This document shows, piece by piece, positions 36,970 to 44,968 of a stretch of DNA of 64,000 bases (the stretch's first letter is position 1; the number at the start of each line of letters is the position of its first letter). The stretch comes from Candidatus Latescibacterota bacterium (GTDB lineage Bacteria > Latescibacterota > UBA2968): positions 2,368,001 through 2,432,000 of the forward strand of contig OZ242311.1 in assembly GCA_965207885.1 (NCBI GenBank), written 5' to 3'. A program made the translations under genes and the position numbers. The notes under the pieces are model-generated. The model ran no database searches and had not been told where the DNA came from. It was given only the letters and a program-made list of their open reading frames with translations.

Positions 36970-39900
36970 TCAGAAGGATACCATCACCCCCAGTTCGATC
37001 TCCCTTGGAAACCCGGCATATCGACTCAGTTCTCCGGTATCGCCGAACTGTTTGTACTTGCCGCTGTCGGGTCTTGGCCGATCCAGACCGTTTTTCCACC
37101 AGTCCACATCCGGCCTGGGCTGTAGATCGCGCTGGTTAAACAGGTTCCTGACGTTGAAATAGAGTGTAGGGCGCACCTGGTTGCGAAGCTGGAATCGCTT
37201 CACAAAGGCCAGGTCGGTCCGGGTATGCATAGGTCCGAACCACCACTTCGGTGGTTCGCCAGGTAGTGCGAACCGCCTGGCCCTCCCCTCCTGCATCCGA
37301 TAGACCATCGTGACGCTGATGTCGCCCCACACCGGTCCATAGTCCGTCGGCGAGTGATACACAAACACCACCGATCCGAAACCCGGTCGTTCGGTCCCAA
37401 AGGTCCCCTGCGCTGTGTTCCGTCCCCGGGGGTTTACGTTAAACTGTTTGTAGGACCACATGCCTGGCCAATCCTCCATTTCTTTAATCTCGGATTCCTT
37501 CGTTGGGTCGTAGTCCGCCGCGGTGCCATTCTGGATGGCCCGGAGCCGTTCGTTGGCCCGATGGCCGAATTCCTGGATCTCATCGGCGGTCAGCAGCACC
37601 GGTACTTCCGCTCCGGAATCGCTGCTGTTCACCTGCCCGTCGCCGTTGGTGTCCCGGGAGTGCGTCACATAGTAGTTGGATCCGGTGGCGACCCAGTTCG
37701 AGTCGGGCACAAAGTAGGTCCGCCACCACCCGGACTGGCGTGCGGCCGACACCCACTGCTTATTGTACGAAACCAGGAATGAGAACCCGTGGCTGAGATT
37801 CTTCCTCAGCGAGAGTTCGATGCCCCGGACATCCTCATAGGAGTTATTCCTCCAGTCAGCCCCACCGCGCTGGGGAGCCTGCTTCTGCGGGTCCCACCAG
37901 TAGCTATTGCCGTAGAAGAACTGATCCGTCCCACTCTTGTAGAAGACCGTCAGAGAACTGATGTAGTCCCCGACAAAGTTCCAGTCGGTCCCGACCTCGA
38001 AGCTGGTGGTCGTTTCATACTTAATGTGGTTCCAGAATCCGGACCAGTCCCGCGAGTCCGATTGGTTTCCGACCTCTGTCGGGTCGATCTGTCCGTTGTT
38101 GTTGAAATCCGCTGCCCGGGCTCGACTGACCCATCCATACTGAGCGATGTACCATGTGGAGGGCAACTGGCGGAACACGCCAAAGGAGTAGCGGATCGTA
38201 GCTCTGTCGGTGATCGGGTGTGAGACCCCAACCCGGGGGCTCCAGGCCTGCAAGGCCTTGGCATCCACCAGGGGGATGAGCTGTTGGCGCGTCCACGATT
38301 TGGTCATCGGCGCCATCGACCAGAGTCCGTGTTCGCCCTGAGGCACCTGGGTGCCCCAATCCAGTCGGTCATAGCGAGCGCCCACGTTCAGGACCAGCCC
38401 GTGAAACTCCATCTTGTCCTGGATGTACCAGGACGACTGGATAGGTTCCCACGGCGTATCCCTGGTATATGGCTTCCCGGCTACGCGCAGGGCAAAACTC
38501 GTCATACTTCGCCAGCGTTCCCATACGGTCAGCACCTTGTCGAACGCGACCTCGAACCCACTCTTGACGAAGTGACCCTTTGTGATCTGGCTGGAGAAAT
38601 CGAGCTTGAAGTTGACCCGTTCTCGCTTCGTAAGCTGATACTCGGTTCTCGTCGAGGGAGCGGCCGTGAAGTAGCCGTCCGCGTCCCGGCGAATGTCCTC
38701 GGTAAGGCCTTCTCCGTATTGATCTACCGGTACGTTGGTGGTGTCCTGGTTATCTCGGAAAAAGGAAAGCTTCGCCTCGTAAAATGTCTTGGGCGTCAGG
38801 ATGTGGGTCAGCGATACATAGACCAGGTCGTTTTTATACTTGACCTGCCCGGCCCCACTCCCCTCAGGGAGAAAGATGTCGCGGCCCAACTGCCTTCTGG
38901 CGCCTGAGCCTCCCCAGTAGCTTCCTGAACGACCGTAGATGCCCCCCACGCCCACCTTGAACTTTGAACGAGCGATCCCGGTCAGTTTGTAGGAGGTCTC
39001 GATGTTGCCAGGAGAGGCGACCCAACCCGATTTTCGATCCGGGTAGAGGTAGAAGCCGCGCTGTTTGCCCTCTGGAAATATCGCCGCCAACCCCCGATAT
39101 CTGGCCGAGGTAAAAAAGGAGGCATTTTCGACCACCGGTCCAGACAGAGTCCCCTCTATGCGGTGGCCGATCACGCCGGTGTAGTCGATCCGCTCGTGCA
39201 CCCTCCGTCCGGTCACCGGGTCGGTTTCGCCCGTCCAGTTCGAATCGTTCCACTTCATCTTATCTTCATAATAGGGACTGTCATAGACGTTGCTGCCCCA
39301 GTGCTTTTTCCCGGCTGGATTCAACAGGTAATCCAGGTTGCCGTGGAAGTCCCTGCTCCCCTCCTTTGTCACAATGTTGACAACACCCGCCTGGGCGTTG
39401 CCGTACTCGGCCTCCATCCCGCCTGTAACCACGGCGAGTTCCTGAACAGCACTGGAGTTGACGCTCTGAAAATTTCGGCTGGCGTGCGACCGCCGCTCCA
39501 CATTGACTGCAGACATGGGTACTCCATCGACGTAGTAAACCACGTCACTGCTCCCGGAGCCAGATGACGACGTGTCTCCACCCCGGATTGAAGTGTCTCC
39601 GTCCAGACCGACCCCGGCCAGGAGCTCAAGTACCTGTTCGGTGTCCTTGACGATGGGAGCGACCTCCTCGACGTTGGAGTTGTCCAGGATGTATTTGGTG
39701 GTTGTCCTGTCCGGCTCCACTGGGGGCCGCTCAGCAACGACCACGATTGCAGCCATATCCAGGGTGGTCTCCTTCAGGGCAAAATCTACAGTCGTCGTAA
39801 AATCAGCGATGGCCTGGACGTCCGTCTTAGAAATCTGGTCGTAGCCGATCATGGACGCTGTCAGCGTGTAGGTCCCCGGATTCACCAGCAAGATCAAGTA

Positions 39901-40101
39901 GTCCCCATCTGGCCCCGTGGTGGTGCCCTGTGAGGTGCCCTCGATGATCACATTTGCCCCGGGCAACGCCTGGCCGTTGCTGTCAACGATCTGACCTTTA
40001 ATCTTTCCTGTGGTTCCGGCAACCACCTGCTCGGAGGTCGCCGAGAACAGCAGCAGAAAGGCGAGCAACCCTACAATCCAGAAAACACGATCACTCTTCA
40101 T
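36970..40101 (-). CDS. TonB-dependent receptor with N-terminal carboxypeptidase-regulatory-like domain
   Basis: GKIKG...LPGANV, plug TGGMEAEYGNAQAGVVNIVTK, SPRVGVSHPI, C-terminal GVMVSF. Confidence 0.9.
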   Translation of the reverse strand: MKSDRVFWIVGLLAFLLLFSATSEQVVAGTTGKIKGQIVDSNGQALPGANVIIEGTSQGTTTGPDGDYLILLVNPGTYTLTASMIGYDQISKTDVQAIADFTTTVDFALKETTLDMAAIVVVAERPPVEPDRTTTKYILDNSNVEEVAPIVKDTEQVLELLAGVGLDGDTSIRGGDTSSSGSGSSDVVYYVDGVPMSAVNVERRSHASRNFQSVNSSAVQELAVVTGGMEAEYGNAQAGVVNIVTKEGSRDFHGNLDYLLNPAGKKHWGSNVYDSPYYEDKMKWNDSNWTGETDPVTGRRVHERIDYTGVIGHRIEGTLSGPVVENASFFTSARYRGLAAIFPEGKQRGFYLYPDRKSGWVASPGNIETSYKLTGIARSKFKVGVGGIYGRSGSYWGGSGARRQLGRDIFLPEGSGAGQVKYKNDLVYVSLTHILTPKTFYEAKLSFFRDNQDTTNVPVDQYGEGLTEDIRRDADGYFTAAPSTRTEYQLTKRERVNFKLDFSSQITKGHFVKSGFEVAFDKVLTVWERWRSMTSFALRVAGKPYTRDTPWEPIQSSWYIQDKMEFHGLVLNVGARYDRLDWGTQVPQGEHGLWSMAPMTKSWTRQQLIPLVDAKALQAWSPRVGVSHPITDRATIRYSFGVFRQLPSTWYIAQYGWVSRARAADFNNNGQIDPTEVGNQSDSRDWSGFWNHIKYETTTSFEVGTDWNFVGDYISSLTVFYKSGTDQFFYGNSYWWDPQKQAPQRGGADWRNNSYEDVRGIELSLRKNLSHGFSFLVSYNKQWVSAARQSGWWRTYFVPDSNWVATGSNYYVTHSRDTNGDGQVNSSDSGAEVPVLLTADEIQEFGHRANERLRAIQNGTAADYDPTKESEIKEMEDWPGMWSYKQFNVNPRGRNTAQGTFGTERPGFGSVVFVYHSPTDYGPVWGDISVTMVYRMQEGRARRFALPGEPPKWWFGPMHTRTDLAFVKRFQLRNQVRPTLYFNVRNLFNQRDLQPRPDVDWWKNGLDRPRPDSGKYKQFGDTGELSRYAGFPREIELGVMVSF

Positions 40102-40131
40102 ATTCTTCTCCTTTTATTAACAGGTTGCGGA

Positions 40132-40827
40132 TCACATATAAAACTTCACTCCAGCCCCGATGTCGAACAAGTGAAACGGATGGGTCTTTTTCACACCCCA
40201 GTTCAGGAAGGGTCTGAGTTCCCCAACGATCACATTGTAACTCACACGCAGGTCCAGGGCAGCCTTCGGTCCCAGGAAGATCTGCATCCCAGCCCCTCCG
40301 CTTACACCCAGCGCTGTCCGCGTATCGTCGATCGCCTCCAGGAGCAGGGTCTGATCCAGCGTAGCTCCCCCTTGTTCGGGAAAGATGAGCCCGCTCACCT
40401 TAGAATGGTAGTTGTGGAATCCGGCTCCAACGGTAAGATAGGGAACGCTTCCTTCGCCTTCGAACTTCTTATTCTTCAGGGCAAAAAGCCAGTTGACCGT
40501 CAGGCTGTTAAAGGTCATATCGGACTTGGCCTGTGGACTTGTGTAGTCCCTTCCATCCTTGAACCGAAACGTCCGCTCTTCGAGACTGCCGCCCGCAAAC
40601 TTCGAGTAATAGTACTCTACTTCCACGATCCGTGCCGGACTGGTTACAAAGTGCGCAGCAGCCCCAAGCTTGAATCCCTCGGTGTACATATCCCTGAAGT
40701 TAAACAGCGGCGAATAAAGCTCGGCGAACACGCCGAACCCCCCTCTGTGGCCCTCTTCCTGAGCCACAGCAAAAGCCGTGGGCGACAACACCCACAAAAG
40801 AATCCATAAACCCATGATCTTTCTCAT
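40132..40827 (-). CDS. outer-membrane beta-barrel protein (OmpA-like TM domain)
   Basis: Signal peptide, PYLTVGAG, alternating beta strands, GVKFYM terminus. Confidence 0.75.
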   Translation of the reverse strand: MRKIMGLWILLWVLSPTAFAVAQEEGHRGGFGVFAELYSPLFNFRDMYTEGFKLGAAAHFVTSPARIVEVEYYYSKFAGGSLEERTFRFKDGRDYTSPQAKSDMTFNSLTVNWLFALKNKKFEGEGSVPYLTVGAGFHNYHSKVSGLIFPEQGGATLDQTLLLEAIDDTRTALGVSGGAGMQIFLGPKAALDLRVSYNVIVGELRPFLNWGVKKTHPFHLFDIGAGVKFYM

Positions 40828-40876
40828 AAACACCTCCTTGAAGATACGCAGTCATTTTTCGATCAACCCACTCGTC

Positions 40877-41995
40877 TCAGATGATCTCCCTTTCCGGACC
40901 GAGCCGATTGTAAAACTGGGGGATATAGACCTTCCGGCCACCCTCGTTGATCGAGATTAGCGAACTGATTGCCGCAGCGCAGCTCTTTGCCGCTTCGTAA
41001 ACGTTGATAAATGGCAGCCTATCGTCTAAAATCGCATCTACGAAGTCGCGGCAGTTGTGGTACGTACCGCCGCCGTGACCGGTTCTTTTGGCAACTTCGG
41101 CATCCAGTTCGAGCCCTACCAACTCCAAGGGCTCAATCTCTCCGGGAAGCCCACCCTCCTCCTGTGCATGTGCAATACCGAGTACTCCATTACGCCGATC
41201 TCCCTCAACGGCCGCCCTGGTGCCGTATAGCGACTTGTAGAGGTTGCAGCCGGGCCAGGCCATCGCCTTGCAACAGGCAATCTTTACCGTCACCCCACCG
41301 GTCGTCCTGAAAATTGCTGTCTCCCAGTCGTTGACTGTCCGATATGGCGAGTAAATGCGGTTTCCCAATCCGACCACCTCGGTGAAGTCCTGCCCGATGA
41401 TCCAGCGGATGTCGTCGATCGCGTGAATGCCGCCGCCAGAAGAGATACTCTCCTGCGTCGTCGTACCGAACCCGTCCCGCCAGGTCTTTTTCCCATCTCT
41501 TACAAACAGGTACACCAGGCTGTGTGTATATTCAGACTCGGCGTAGCATACCTCGCCGATTGTGCCATCTTTCACCAGCCGCCTCAGGGTGATCGTGCGT
41601 GGATCCCACCGGCTATTCTGCTCCATGGCCAGCTTCAGGCCTGTTCGTTCTACCGCCTTGACGATCTCCATGCACTGGTGCAGCTTGTCGGCATTCTCCA
41701 CCATCGGAATGGTCGTCAGGATGTGCTTTCCCGCCTCCAGGGCCGCCAGACACTCATCTCCGTGGCGAAATCCCGGCGTGCCCGTGCATATGAAGTCCAC
41801 GTCCTGGTCGGCCAGCAGGTCCCCGTAGTCTGTATAGACTCTGGGCACCCCGTATTCCCTGGCGAACTGGTTCGCCTTTTCCTCGTCTATATCGCACACC
41901 GCAGCGACATCCACTTCGTCGATGTAGTCGTGGAATGTCCTCAGATGCGACTCCCCGAATCCAAGCCCCACGATCCCGGCCTTCAAGGTAGCCAT
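40877..41995 (-). CDS. Gfo/Idh/MocA oxidoreductase, GH109-like
   Basis: VGLGFG, TIP (EKP position), GHGG, INVYEAA. Confidence 0.85.
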   Translation of the reverse strand: MATLKAGIVGLGFGESHLRTFHDYIDEVDVAAVCDIDEEKANQFAREYGVPRVYTDYGDLLADQDVDFICTGTPGFRHGDECLAALEAGKHILTTIPMVENADKLHQCMEIVKAVERTGLKLAMEQNSRWDPRTITLRRLVKDGTIGEVCYAESEYTHSLVYLFVRDGKKTWRDGFGTTTQESISSGGGIHAIDDIRWIIGQDFTEVVGLGNRIYSPYRTVNDWETAIFRTTGGVTVKIACCKAMAWPGCNLYKSLYGTRAAVEGDRRNGVLGIAHAQEEGGLPGEIEPLELVGLELDAEVAKRTGHGGGTYHNCRDFVDAILDDRLPFINVYEAAKSCAAAISSLISINEGGRKVYIPQFYNRLGPEREII

Positions 41996-42105
41996 CGATA
42001 CCCTCCGACAGATAACAATCCTAAGTCACGCAAATGGAAACATTGCAACAAATGACCCCCAAGCAATACGATTTCTTTCTAAAACGCACCAACTGTTCTA
42101 TTCAT

Positions 42106-42150
42106 TTAGTGAAACTTCACTAATTTTTATGATTAGTTAAGATTCACTAA
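42106..42150. promoter_or_regulatory. tandem palindromic operator pair
   Basis: TTAGTGAA-AC-TTCACTAA (perfect) and TTAGTTAA-GA-TTCACTAA, 27-bp period. Confidence 0.6.
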
Positions 42151-42192
42151 TTTTTGCTTGACATAAAAATCTATCTTTCTGATATTGAAAGG

Positions 42193-42277
42193 CGCAATGA
42201 GAGAAATTATAATATTTTCTCACATTGCTCTGGCCATTAGCTCCTCCGCGCAAGGTTGGTAGCTAATGGCTTTTTTT
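42193..42277 (+). ncRNA. candidate cis-antisense sRNA opposite the operon
   Basis: TTGACA-N17-GATATT (42158-42186), hairpin 42194-42228, terminator GCCATTAGCT...AGCTAATGGC-T7. Confidence 0.5.
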
Positions 42278-42341
42278 ATGCGCCTTGCGAATAATACGCT
42301 TCAACTCTTTTCTCTTATACCCGATTTCAGATCGACTGGAC

Positions 42342-43034
42342 TTACTGCGTGCGCTTTACCCATTGCCTCATGCCGGTGTCGAAGTGATCCCACACTGCCT
42401 GCCGCATCCCGTTTGGATCACGCGCCTTCAGAGCGAGGAAGATCCGCTCGTGGTTCTGGAAGTGTTCCAGGTCAATGCTCTCCCAATCCCACCACTCGCG
42501 GTGCGCCGTAACGAAAAATTCACTCAGTACTCGTCCAAGAGCCTGAGTCGCCTGGTTCCCCGTTGCTTCGTAGGTCGCAAAGTGAAACGCCCAGTCGTGC
42601 GTATAAAACTCGACAGGACGTTCTAACGCCTCCCGCATCGCTTCCAGGTGTTGCCCCATCACTTCCAGCTGATCTTCAGTTACGCGCTCTATTACCATCT
42701 CCACAATTCCAATATCCACCGCCCGCCGCAATTCGTACATCTCTATAATCGTCTTTTTATTTATGGATGGAACAAAGCTCAGATACTTAAACAAAGCCTG
42801 AGGATCGAACTCTTTGACACTGATCCCATGCTTGGGACGAGCTTCCAGAACGCCTATTGCCTCTAAGATCTTGACCGCTTCTCGAACGGAGGCACGACTC
42901 ACACCAAACGCTTCTGCCATCTCTCGCTCTGTGGCCAACCTGTCTCCGGGCATCAATCCATTCTGCAAAATATGGTTCTTGATTGCACCGATGATCCTCT
43001 TACTCAGATTTTCTTTTTCAATGCTATTAAACAA
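42342..43034 (-). CDS. FadR/GntR-family transcriptional regulator
   Basis: PGDRLATEREMAEAFGVSRASVREA wHTH plus FCD domain; probable TTG start after GGAGA. Confidence 0.9.
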   Translation of the reverse strand: MFNSIEKENLSKRIIGAIKNHILQNGLMPGDRLATEREMAEAFGVSRASVREAVKILEAIGVLEARPKHGISVKEFDPQALFKYLSFVPSINKKTIIEMYELRRAVDIGIVEMVIERVTEDQLEVMGQHLEAMREALERPVEFYTHDWAFHFATYEATGNQATQALGRVLSEFFVTAHREWWDWESIDLEHFQNHERIFLALKARDPNGMRQAVWDHFDTGMRQWVKRTQ

Positions 43035-43103
43035 ATTCCATTCTCCCGGCCTTTCATTGTACAGATATTGGTTTACAAAACCAGCCATATCATTATATGG
43101 TAT

Positions 43104-43154
43104 AATGGTCAGACCATTGGTAAAAATAATACACTTATTCACATCATCTGTCAA
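43104..43154 (-). promoter_or_regulatory. promoter plus FadR-type operator
   Basis: Minus TTGACA-N17-TATTAT (43154-43126); palindrome AATGGTC-A-GACCATT (43104-43118) at +1. Confidence 0.8.
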
Positions 43155-43260
43155 GGATTTTTTGATTCATATAGGCTTCGGGATGAAATGTTTGAGGAGA
43201 AGGTATAAACAGTTGACCTCTTGTGAATTGGTGAACCTTACTCTTTGGAAGGGTCTGGCA

Positions 43261-44937
43261 TCAGGTTGCCGGAATGACGGGAAATACGATGTGAGACGGA
43301 TACTGTCTCGAGTGATGTACGGTCTGACGAGCCGGGCGCATCTCTGTATCGGTGCCGAATTCGTGGCCGGTATTTGGGTTGCGGTCAAAGCGCGGAAAGT
43401 TGGACGACGAAATTTCGACACGGATGCAGTGGCCTTTCCGAAACACGTTGCCGGTGACACTGAGGTCGATTTCGTATTCGTAGATCTGGTTGGGTTCGAG
43501 CAGGGTTGGGTTGGTAAGGCTTTCGCGGTAGCGAGCACGCAAGATGCCGTCGCAGAGGTTTTTGGCGTAACCCGTGGGGGAGACATCTACCAGCTTGGCC
43601 GTCCAGTCGGTGTCCGGGCTGTCGGTGGCGGCGTAGAGCACGGCTTTGATTGGTCCGGTGACTTCCAGGTCGGCTTCCAGGGAAGCCGAGGTGTAACAGA
43701 GCACATCGCTGCGCATCTCGACCGGGCGCTGATCATAGGGCCCCCAGGGCACGATGTGGGGCGAGCAGCAGTTGTTGCCACCCAGGGTCTGGACGGGGTA
43801 CCGAGGGTCGTAGATGAAGTGGTCCGAAGTCTCTCCTTCTGGGAGGGTGGGAGACAGGCTCCCGTCGCCGAGCAGGGTGTTGGCAGTGCCGCGGGAATGG
43901 AGATACCATTTCTGCCACCGGGTGCGTGCCAGGGGCCATTCGTTTTCATTGCGCCATTCGTTGGTGCCCATGATGAAGATACGCAGAGGCGGTTCATCTA
44001 CGATGCCGTTGTCGATGCCTTTGAGCCAGTAGTCGAACCAGCGCAGTTCCAGAGCCTCTAAGTCCACCATTGAGTGGTCGCCGAAGTCGATGTCGCCTGT
44101 TCGGGGAGAGGCGCTCAAGACGTGGGGCCACGGCCCGACGATGAGCTTACTTTGCCGGGCTTCGGGGGTGCGGCCGTGCTGCCGCAGACCGTTGAAGTTG
44201 GTGAAGGTGTTTGCGGCGTAAAGGTCATACCAGCCACCCATGTTGAATGCGGGGACAGCGATGTCACCCCACCGTTTTTCGTCATTGATTTCGTCCCAGT
44301 AATCGTCGTAGGCGGCGTGTTGAATCCAGTCTTTCCAGAAGCCGAGGTTGCGCCCGGCCTGTTCGTCCATTTCTATGAGGGGGAGATAACGAAAGGCTTC
44401 AGTCCAGTTGTGGTATTCGATGCTCTGGGCAGTGCGAGCGGTGGTGCGCATGCCCCAGGTCATGAGGACGTTGAGCTGAAGGGCACCACCGGGATAGACC
44501 AGCCCGCTGAAGTAGTCACAGCAGATGACGCGAGGGGCAAGGCAGGTGAGATACTGGCTTCTGTGCGGTGCGCTTTGCCACTGGACCAGGCCCAGGTACG
44601 AAGCACCGGACATACCAATTTTGCCGTTGCTCCATTCCTGGCGACCGATCCATTCCTGGGTGTCGTAGCCGTCTTTGTCTTCCCGGAAAGGATAGTCATT
44701 GCCCTCCGAGTCCCAGCGACCGCGACAGTCCTGCATCACACAGGCGTAGCCGCAATTGGCCAGCCGCCGGGCTTTTTCGATCATGATATCGGTGTTATTG
44801 CTGTAGGGAGTACGCATCAAGACAGTGGGGAATTTTCCCGCGGCTCTGGGGAGGTAGATATCAGCGGATAGATTAACTCTGTCCCGCATCGGGACTTTTA
44901 CGTCCAGTTGCATATCTACGTCGTAATTGGGTTCCAT
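43261..44937 (-). CDS. CocE/NonD family serine hydrolase (S15-like)
   Basis: MRTPY, DCRGRWDSEG, GASYLG, GGWYD, GPWPH, SSNFPRFDRN. Confidence 0.92.
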   Translation of the reverse strand: MEPNYDVDMQLDVKVPMRDRVNLSADIYLPRAAGKFPTVLMRTPYSNNTDIMIEKARRLANCGYACVMQDCRGRWDSEGNDYPFREDKDGYDTQEWIGRQEWSNGKIGMSGASYLGLVQWQSAPHRSQYLTCLAPRVICCDYFSGLVYPGGALQLNVLMTWGMRTTARTAQSIEYHNWTEAFRYLPLIEMDEQAGRNLGFWKDWIQHAAYDDYWDEINDEKRWGDIAVPAFNMGGWYDLYAANTFTNFNGLRQHGRTPEARQSKLIVGPWPHVLSASPRTGDIDFGDHSMVDLEALELRWFDYWLKGIDNGIVDEPPLRIFIMGTNEWRNENEWPLARTRWQKWYLHSRGTANTLLGDGSLSPTLPEGETSDHFIYDPRYPVQTLGGNNCCSPHIVPWGPYDQRPVEMRSDVLCYTSASLEADLEVTGPIKAVLYAATDSPDTDWTAKLVDVSPTGYAKNLCDGILRARYRESLTNPTLLEPNQIYEYEIDLSVTGNVFRKGHCIRVEISSSNFPRFDRNPNTGHEFGTDTEMRPARQTVHHSRQYPSHIVFPVIPAT

Positions 44938-44968
44938 GGGGGCTCCTTCTGACATGTATCCTTTATTA

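Noticed and set aside
42814-44061. 415-aa plus-strand ORF and other long antisense ORFs (e.g. 15891-16979, 23256-24353, 34416-35519)
   Set aside because: Shadow ORFs opposite well-supported genes in GC-rich DNA; no motifs.
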